Positions 58,065 to 64,000 of a stretch of 64,000 bases of DNA are shown here, one piece after another. This stretch comes from an uncultured Syntrophaceae bacterium (GTDB lineage Bacteria; Desulfobacterota; Syntrophia; Syntrophales; Fen-1087): the NCBI GenBank assembly GCA_964460245.1, contig CAYWTL010000001.1, forward strand, positions 56-64,055, in the 5' to 3' direction. The position numbers and the translations under genes are program-made. The notes below the pieces were generated by a model. That model made no database searches and was not told the origin of the DNA. It was given only the letters and a program-made list of their open reading frames with translations. Positions within the stretch are counted from its first letter, which is position 1; each line of letters opens with the position of its first letter.

Positions 58065-59297
58065 CTAAAAAAAGTACTTCATCATCACCGGGATCGCGAT
58101 AAAGGTGCCCACGGAGGTCGTCAGGTTCACAATGGCCACGAGCAGGAGAATGCGCGTGATCTTGTTGTGGAAAAAACCTCTCACCGTGGTGACGTCGTCC
58201 TTCAGGTCGAGAAAATCCCGGACCTGCGGCTTGCGAAACGTCGCTTCCGTCAACCCGGCGATCCAGCCCGTGGCGATGAAGGGATGAAGCGTGGCCAGCG
58301 GCGCCGAGAGGGCCGAGGCGAGAACGGTCAGCGGGTGCGCAAGCATAAGAAGGGCGCCGGCCGTCGCGCAGGTCGCCGTAATCAGCGACCAGGACCAGAT
58401 CATGTTCATGCTGGTCTCCCCCCCGGAGTAGAAGAAGCCGGCGACGAACAGGGCGATGACGGCCGCGGAAAATCCCCACCCGAAGAAGCGGGGCCAGAAG
58501 CCCGGCGGCGGGACGGTATTGATCCGGTCGATGTCGATCTCCCTGCCCATGTTTTCCAGAATGCCCGGGATGTGGCCGGCGCCCACCACGGCCACGATTT
58601 TGCGCCCCGGGCTGCGGCCGATGCGGTGGGCGAGGAACTGGTCCCTCTCGTCGATCAGGGTGGTCTTCAGTTCGGGCATTTTTTCGCCGACCGTTTTCAG
58701 GGCCAGATCGAGGACATCGTGCTGCTTGAGCTTCTCGATCTCCTCCTCGGTGATGTCCTCCCCGACAAAGAGGGACAGGACCATGTCGAAAAGGAACCTC
58801 ATCCGGGTCCAGAACCCCATCGTCCGCCAGGCCCGGAGCAGCGTCACGCGGATCTCCCGGTCCGCCAAGACCACCTGCGCCCCGGTTTCACCGGCCCGCT
58901 GAATCGCCCGAATCATCTCCTCGCCGGGGGTAACATGGAAGCGTTCCGCGATCTTCTTCTGAAAGGACATCATCAGCAACTGCGCCAGCAGCAGAGCCGT
59001 CCGGTTTTCCCGGATCACCCGCACGATGTCCGTCTCCTGCCACTTGTCCTTCTGCCGAATGGCTTCGAAGCGGGCCTCGCAGAGTTCCACGCAGACCGTG
59101 TCCGGCTTCTCCTCCGCGATCACGCGATCGACCAGATCGGCGCTTTCCCTGGAAACATGGGCGGTGCCGACGAGGATGATCTCCCGGCCGTCGATGGCCA
59201 GGCGATGCACATTTTGATGATCCAACGGAACGTCCCTTCGGAACCGGACCGGAATGGCCCGGAAATTCCGGATTTTTCGACTCGCTACTACCAGCAT
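58065..59297 (-). CDS. TraB/GumN family protein with a C-terminal membrane domain
   Basis: The sequence is REIILVGTAHVS..S...V...I....PD.V.VELC..R. The start choice (ATG 59297) is tentative. The longer ORF overlaps the divergent gene. Confidence 0.7.
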   Translation of the reverse strand: MLVVASRKIRNFRAIPVRFRRDVPLDHQNVHRLAIDGREIILVGTAHVSRESADLVDRVIAEEKPDTVCVELCEARFEAIRQKDKWQETDIVRVIRENRTALLLAQLLMMSFQKKIAERFHVTPGEEMIRAIQRAGETGAQVVLADREIRVTLLRAWRTMGFWTRMRFLFDMVLSLFVGEDITEEEIEKLKQHDVLDLALKTVGEKMPELKTTLIDERDQFLAHRIGRSPGRKIVAVVGAGHIPGILENMGREIDIDRINTVPPPGFWPRFFGWGFSAAVIALFVAGFFYSGGETSMNMIWSWSLITATCATAGALLMLAHPLTVLASALSAPLATLHPFIATGWIAGLTEATFRKPQVRDFLDLKDDVTTVRGFFHNKITRILLLVAIVNLTTSVGTFIAIPVMMKYFF

Positions 59298-59367
59298 TGG
59301 TCGGGGTTGTAAAGAGAAATGCAAAAAGGCATGGTCTTTTCGACCGGTTTGCATTAAGGCAAGGGGC

Positions 59368-60579
59368 ATGGAGATGCGGGTGAAAACCGGCGACGCCGTG
59401 GAAGTTCTGATCGAACGGGTTGCCTTCGGCGGTGAGGGGGTGGGCCGCGTCGGCGCGATGGTCGTTTTCGTCCCCTTCACCGCAGCGGGCGACCGTGTCG
59501 AAATAACGGTGACCGAAACGAAGAGGAGATACGTGAGAGGGAAAATCCGCCGGTTATGCGTCCCCTCCAAGGAAAGGCAGCAGCCCCTCTGCCGTCATTT
59601 CACCGACTGCGGCGGCTGCCGGTACCAGCACATCCGCCATCCGGAACAGGTCCGGATCAAACAATTCCAGGTCGCCGAGCTCTTCGAACGCATCGGGAAA
59701 ATGCCCTCCCCGCCTGTGCGGGAGATCATCCCGTCCCCCCTGCCCTTTCACTACCGCGTCAAGGCGGATTACCACCTCGCCCTGCCGCCGGGGCAACCCC
59801 CCATCCTCGGCTTCATGAACGTCTCGAACCGCCGCGTGACCGACATCGACCGCTGCGAGATCGTCGATGATACGATCAACCGGGCCTGCCGCGCGTTCCG
59901 TCAGGACCTGGCGGCGGGCCGGATCGCGAAGCCCCGGGACCGCCAGACCGTCTGGTCCGCGGACACACCCGGCGGGAACGCGGAGGTGATCACGGATTTC
60001 CGCGTTCCTCGGTTCGTCACCCGGACGGTCATGGGGCATCGCCTGCAGGTCCCCTACCGGGGCTTCTTCCAGGCGAACGGGGCCCTTCTTCCGCGCCTGG
60101 TCGCGGCCGTGGTGGAAGCGGCGGACCCGACGGGCCGGGAAACCATAGCCGATGTTCACTGCGGTTCCGGGTTGTTCTCGCTCTTTCTCGCCCCGCATGC
60201 CCGCGCCGTCCACGGCATCGAGTCGGACGGCGAGGCGGTCCATTGCGCCCGCCGGAATCATCGCGAGGCCGGCCTGGCGAATGCCGCTTTCCATCGGGGA
60301 GACGCAGGGGAAGTGCTGAACGGGATTTTTGTCGCCGGAAAAAGAAAGATCGACATCCTCGTCCTCGATCCGCCGAGAACCGGCTGCGATTCGGCGCTGC
60401 TCTCGGCCCTGGTCGACCTGAGACCGGGAAGAATCGTTTACGTCTCCTGCAACCCGGCAACGCAAGCCCGGGATATCCGTTGTCTGGCGGATCGGGGCTT
60501 CAGGCTGAAATACCTTCAGCCCTTCGACATGTTTTCCCAGACCGCCCACATCGAGGTCGTCGCCCTGCTGGAGCGATAG
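59368..60579 (+). CDS. 23S rRNA (uracil-5)-methyltransferase RumA/RlmD-like (TRAM + Fe-S + MTase)
   Basis: A TRAM-like N-terminus is present. The Cys cluster is C.HF..CGGC..QH. The C-terminal block is DPPR.G......L.......IVYVSCNP.T.ARD. Confidence 0.85.
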   Translation: MEMRVKTGDAVEVLIERVAFGGEGVGRVGAMVVFVPFTAAGDRVEITVTETKRRYVRGKIRRLCVPSKERQQPLCRHFTDCGGCRYQHIRHPEQVRIKQFQVAELFERIGKMPSPPVREIIPSPLPFHYRVKADYHLALPPGQPPILGFMNVSNRRVTDIDRCEIVDDTINRACRAFRQDLAAGRIAKPRDRQTVWSADTPGGNAEVITDFRVPRFVTRTVMGHRLQVPYRGFFQANGALLPRLVAAVVEAADPTGRETIADVHCGSGLFSLFLAPHARAVHGIESDGEAVHCARRNHREAGLANAAFHRGDAGEVLNGIFVAGKRKIDILVLDPPRTGCDSALLSALVDLRPGRIVYVSCNPATQARDIRCLADRGFRLKYLQPFDMFSQTAHIEVVALLER

Positions 60580-60703
60580 CGCCTTCCGTCAACATCCCTT
60601 TTCATATCGGCGGAAAGGCATCTGCCTTTTCCAATCCGTGAAAAACGGCGAGATGCAATCCGTCCCGCTTTTGCAGAATCTCCCCTTCCGTCCGGGAACC
60701 GTT

Positions 60704-61120
60704 TTACGCCGATGGCCTCGGGGGCAGGCCCGGCATCTCACGAGCCTGGGCGACGGTGGCGACCTCGCGGTTCAGCTCTTCGGCGATCCGCTTCACCCAG
60801 GCCACGACTTGGGCGTTGCTTTTCACCTTCTCCCCTTTCCGGTAGTAGATGTTGTCCTCCATCCCGACCCGGACATGACCGCCCATGATGATGCCCATGA
60901 CGTTCATGGGATTCTGGAAAGTGCTGACGCCGATGACGGCAAACATCGAATTCGGCGGCAGATCCAAGGCTAAAACAGTCAGGCTGTGTTTGCCCGGCGC
61001 CAGGATCAGGGGGGGATGATAGCTGAACCCCTCGGGTTTGATGACAGCGACCCGGGTCACGTCGATGTTGTCCACCTCGATGAAGATTCGGTTCCGGTCG
61101 GGAACCCGTTCGGACCGGCG
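60704..61120 (-). pseudogene. 5'-truncated remnant of a BKACE/DUF849 (3-keto-5-aminohexanoate cleavage enzyme-like) gene
   Basis: Only the C-terminal ~138 codons of a ~275-aa family are present (IKPE.....GGHVRVGMEDNIYY.KG....SNAQ.V......A..L.R..AT..QARE). The frame is open up to the TAG at 61121-61123, which is also the stop of the upstream M48 gene. Confidence 0.55.
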
Positions 61121-62065
61121 CTATTTCTTGCGAAGTCCCGCGGCCGCCTGCTTGGCTCTACCGAAATCGGCGGTGCTGACCAGCCCTTTCTTTGCAGGGC
61201 TGTTCATGGCCAGTTCGTTCATCTGTTTCACCCGTTCCTCGCTGGGAGGGTGCGTGCTCATCGCATCGGCAAGGCTGCTCAACACGGCTCCGCCGCTTTT
61301 CCTGGCGTTTTTCTCCGTCTCGAGGAGCTTCTCGTAAAATTTCCCGACCTGGTCCTTGTCGTATCCGGCGCCGACCGCATACTTGAAGCCGATGCGATCC
61401 GCTTCCATCTCGTCTTCCCGGGAATTCACCAGGAATGTGTATTTCTGAACGAGCAGGCCGCCGCCCGCACCCAGTGCGCCCCCGATCAATGCCGCTCTCG
61501 CCATGCAGGCGGCGTCTCCGTCCCCGCAGAGCAGCATCCCCAGGCCGAAACCGGCCGCCGCGCCGACGATGCCCCCGCCACCCGCCAGGAGCCAGGTTTT
61601 GTTCTCGGCTTTCTCCATCGCGTACATCCGCTCCGCGGCGTGTCTGGCAACGACGTGTCCGATCTCATGCGAAATGACTCCGGACAGCTCCGCCTCGTTG
61701 GATGCCATGGCAATCAGCGGTGCGGTCACGAACACTTTTCCCGCCGGCATCGCAAATGCGTTGACGGCGGCCACATCGACCACGGCAAACTCATAGTGGT
61801 AGGGATTGCCCTCCAGGTTGTTCGCCCGGACGATTTTCATGCCGAGATTCGAAACATAATCCTGCAGCTCCCGGTTCCCGGCCGGCGGATAATCCTTGAG
61901 CATCTTCGGAAGCGCCTCTTCCGTCAGCCGGCGCTCGTCCTGCACGGTCATGGGAATTTCCTGCCCCACGTTGCTTCCCTCGCGATAACGCGAACTGGTT
62001 GCCGGAGCGCAGGAAAGGATTGCCGCAGATGACAACAGGATGAATAAGAGAATCTTCTTTTTCAT
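61121..62065 (-). CDS. M48-family Zn metalloprotease lipoprotein
   Basis: The HEIGHVVARH (HExxH) motif is present. The start is at ATG 62065 with an AAGGAG SD. The signal peptide MKKKILLFILLSSAAILSC carries a lipobox. Confidence 0.85.
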   Translation of the reverse strand: MKKKILLFILLSSAAILSCAPATSSRYREGSNVGQEIPMTVQDERRLTEEALPKMLKDYPPAGNRELQDYVSNLGMKIVRANNLEGNPYHYEFAVVDVAAVNAFAMPAGKVFVTAPLIAMASNEAELSGVISHEIGHVVARHAAERMYAMEKAENKTWLLAGGGGIVGAAAGFGLGMLLCGDGDAACMARAALIGGALGAGGGLLVQKYTFLVNSREDEMEADRIGFKYAVGAGYDKDQVGKFYEKLLETEKNARKSGGAVLSSLADAMSTHPPSEERVKQMNELAMNSPAKKGLVSTADFGRAKQAAAGLRKK

Positions 62066-62172
62066 GGCTAACTCCTTGTGATTCGTTTTCGCATTTCCTG
62101 TCACGTGATGAGGGTACATTCGTCGAGAGACCCGCGGCTGTCCGCTTCCGCGCACGCCGGAAAATCCCTGTC

Positions 62173-63066
62173 TCACGTCTCCGGGCTTTCCGCGGAGCGG
62201 TCCGCGCTGAAACGGAACTCTTCGAAGCGTCCGCTTTCCAGGTCGACATGTTTCATGATCCGTCTGAAGATCCTCCCGCGACGAAGCAGGATCTTGAGGA
62301 CCTCCATCGTCTGAAGGGTGGCGATCAGGGCGGCGGTCACGGCGGGAACGCCCAGGAGCGCTTCCGGCCGTTCCAAGTCCGCTTCAGCCGTCGCCTCGGC
62401 GCCATAGAGCTGCGTAAGGCCCGGATCTCCCGGAAAGACCGTCATGATCCTGCCCTCAAAGCCGGCCAGGGCGCCGTGCACCAAGGGAAGTCCCCGACGC
62501 CGGGCCGCCTCCTGCAGGATGAGGCGATCCGGTACATTGTCCAAGGCATCGACAATCACATCGGCGCCGGTCAGAATCCGATCGATGTTTTCTGCCTCGA
62601 TCCTCACCGGATGGGCCATGACCCGGACCCCGGGATTGATGGACGCCACAGCATCCGCAGCCGTCCGTGCCTTCTGCCTTTGCAACGATTCCTGACTGCA
62701 AAGGACCTGACGGTTGAGATTCGTTTCCTCAAAACAGTCAGGATCCGCCACAATCAGCCGTCCGACGCCGATCCGCGCCAGCAACAGGATGACTTGCCCG
62801 CCCAGCCCTCCCGCGCCGACAACGGCAACCTGCGACTCCGCCAGTTTCAACTGCTCGGCCGGAGAGATGACCGCCCGGTTGCGGATGTAACGGCAGGGGT
62901 AGACGAGGCTTCTCAGGGCTTCCGCATAGACCTCCTGGAGGCTCAGGCTGCACTGACGGGCGATCTCGATGGCAGCACAATCCTCGATGACCTGAACTTC
63001 GCGCCCCGCTGGGTCGGTGATCTTTCTCGCCTTTTCATGAATCCGACGATGGATGCCCGCGTTCAT
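62173..63066 (-). CDS. ThiF/MoeB/HesA-family E1-like adenylyltransferase with an extra ~70-aa N-terminal domain
   Basis: The sequence is VAVVGAGGLGG.....LAR.GVG.L...D.D..E..NLNRQ...DA.DN...R. Confidence 0.8.
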   Translation of the reverse strand: MNAGIHRRIHEKARKITDPAGREVQVIEDCAAIEIARQCSLSLQEVYAEALRSLVYPCRYIRNRAVISPAEQLKLAESQVAVVGAGGLGGQVILLLARIGVGRLIVADPDCFEETNLNRQVLCSQESLQRQKARTAADAVASINPGVRVMAHPVRIEAENIDRILTGADVIVDALDNVPDRLILQEAARRRGLPLVHGALAGFEGRIMTVFPGDPGLTQLYGAEATAEADLERPEALLGVPAVTAALIATLQTMEVLKILLRRGRIFRRIMKHVDLESGRFEEFRFSADRSAESPET

Positions 63067-63205
63067 TCCAATCGCACCTGTTTGTTTATTACCATAAATT
63101 GCCTTTCATCTCCAGGACGGGAAACGACTTCGGAATAAAAAAAGAGGAAAATCCCGCAGAGAAAGGTTAAACTGTGGTTCCAACGCATTGGAAGGGCAAG
63201 CGAGC

Positions 63206-63448
63206 ATGAATATCGAACTGAATCTTTATGCTTCCCTGGCGCGCTACCTTCCCCGCGAAACGGGGGCGCCCCGTAACCAAATCCGGGACGTGGCCGAGGG
63301 AACCACCATTCGGGAACTCCTCCTTCATCTCCGGGTCCCGATGGTCAGAGTCAAGCTGCTGTTTCTGAACGGGCTTCATGCCCATGGCGATGAGGTCCTG
63401 AAGGATGGGGACCGGGTAGGCGTTTTCCCGCCGGTGGCCGGAGGATAG
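63206..63448 (+). CDS. MoaD/ThiS-family ubiquitin-like sulfur carrier (C-terminal GG)
   Basis: 80 aa ending in ...DGDRVGVFPPVAGG*. It is divergent from the ThiF-like gene. The ATG at 63206 lies inside the longer ORF that starts at 63188. Confidence 0.75.
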   Translation: MNIELNLYASLARYLPRETGAPRNQIRDVAEGTTIRELLLHLRVPMVRVKLLFLNGLHAHGDEVLKDGDRVGVFPPVAGG

Positions 63449-63449
63449 A

Positions 63450-64000
63450 TCAGACAGTCCGGATTCGCAGATAAACCGGGGAGCCCGTGAAATCCCGGTG
63501 CGGTATTTCCGCGATCCCGATGTTTCTCCCGTCCACCTCGGCTTCGATACATCCATCCCTCCAGTTATTCGACCGGCTCCTGAAGAAATCCGCCAGAAGC
63601 TCCCCATCCACCCAGATCCCCCGCGCCAGAAACACGGGCCCCAGTTCCCGGATCGTCAGGTTGAAGAGCTTCACGATAATCCGGCCATCTGTCCGCAGGG
63701 GCGGCGCCGCACTTTCCACATGGGTGATCTGACTGCGCATTCGGGAATAGTAACCCCCTCTCCTCAGGGTTGCGCCCAGCACGCCGGGCATGGCGGAAGA
63801 AAGGGCAAGCCTCGAACCGTCGCGAACGATGGCGGCATCAATATCATCGACGGGTTTGCCGTTCAGAAATACGGTCTGGATTCTATGTTCGATGTATTCC
63901 ACGGACAGGCGGAATTGATCGGAAAGCAACGACCGGACACTGCAGCCGACCTGTATTTTCTGGGTGAACCCTCGCTGCAGGAGCGGAAAAAAGAAAGGAA
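63450..64000 (-). CDS. Hypothetical protein, 5'-partial (frame open to the right edge)
   Basis: The minus-strand frame has no stop between 63450 and 64000. The ORF track starts it at TTG 63929. No motif was recognised. The stop lies 2 nt from the MoaD-like stop (convergent). Confidence 0.5.
   Translation of the reverse strand, partial: PFFFPLLQRGFTQKIQVGCSVRSLLSDQFRLSVEYIEHRIQTVFLNGKPVDDIDAAIVRDGSRLALSSAMPGVLGATLRRGGYYSRMRSQITHVESAAPPLRTDGRIIVKLFNLTIRELGPVFLARGIWVDGELLADFFRSRSNNWRDGCIEAEVDGRNIGIAEIPHRDFTGSPVYLRIRTV

Overview
This 64-kb window comes from a GC-rich bacterium. The gene content looks deltaproteobacterial or syntroph-like, but I cannot verify that here. The window has two parts.

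(A) About 1-28.8 kb is lower-GC accessory DNA.
- It lies next to a 65-nt 3' fragment of tRNA-Sec, which looks like a selC-type att remnant.
- It carries a DUF433/DUF5615 toxin-antitoxin-like pair.
- It carries an AEP (PrimPol-like) gene and an SF2-helicase/PLD gene that share one reading frame and are separated by a single TAA.
- It carries a Fic protein whose upstream region holds 12-bp tandem iterons.
- It carries a ~20-kb, ten-gene, same-strand operon with tight translational coupling. In order the genes are: HTH-SNF2-DUF3883 helicase, small ORF, AlbA_2/Schlafen-like protein, ParA-like ATPase, DUF1156 Zn-ribbon DNA methyltransferase, DUF499 ATPase, a 443-aa unknown, a 2xHKD PLD nuclease and a second SNF2-like helicase.
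- It ends with recQ, which carries an in-frame TAG.

The ten-gene operon, and especially its unknown-PLD-helicase tail and the inserted AlbA_2/ParA pair, is my best candidate for an undescribed defence system.

(B) About 28.8-64 kb is high-GC core DNA.
- It encodes acyl-CoA dehydrogenase and a deoxyhypusine-synthase-like protein.
- It has an unusual aspS-gatC fusion, followed by a catalytically degenerate gatA-like gene and gatB.
- It has a 14-gene aromatic supraoperon (aroF-aroB-pheA-aroD-aroE-aroA-aroK-aroC-tyrA-trpEGDCF) joined by serial ATGA overlaps. Two apparent leader-peptide attenuators control it: WYGYYYFY upstream of aroF and WWW upstream of trpE.
- It has a divergent metK behind a terminator-containing leader, plus housekeeping and envelope genes and a ThiF/MoaD-type pair.

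I saw no CRISPR array, rRNA, transposase or integrase. Domain names are motif-based recollections and are not database hits.
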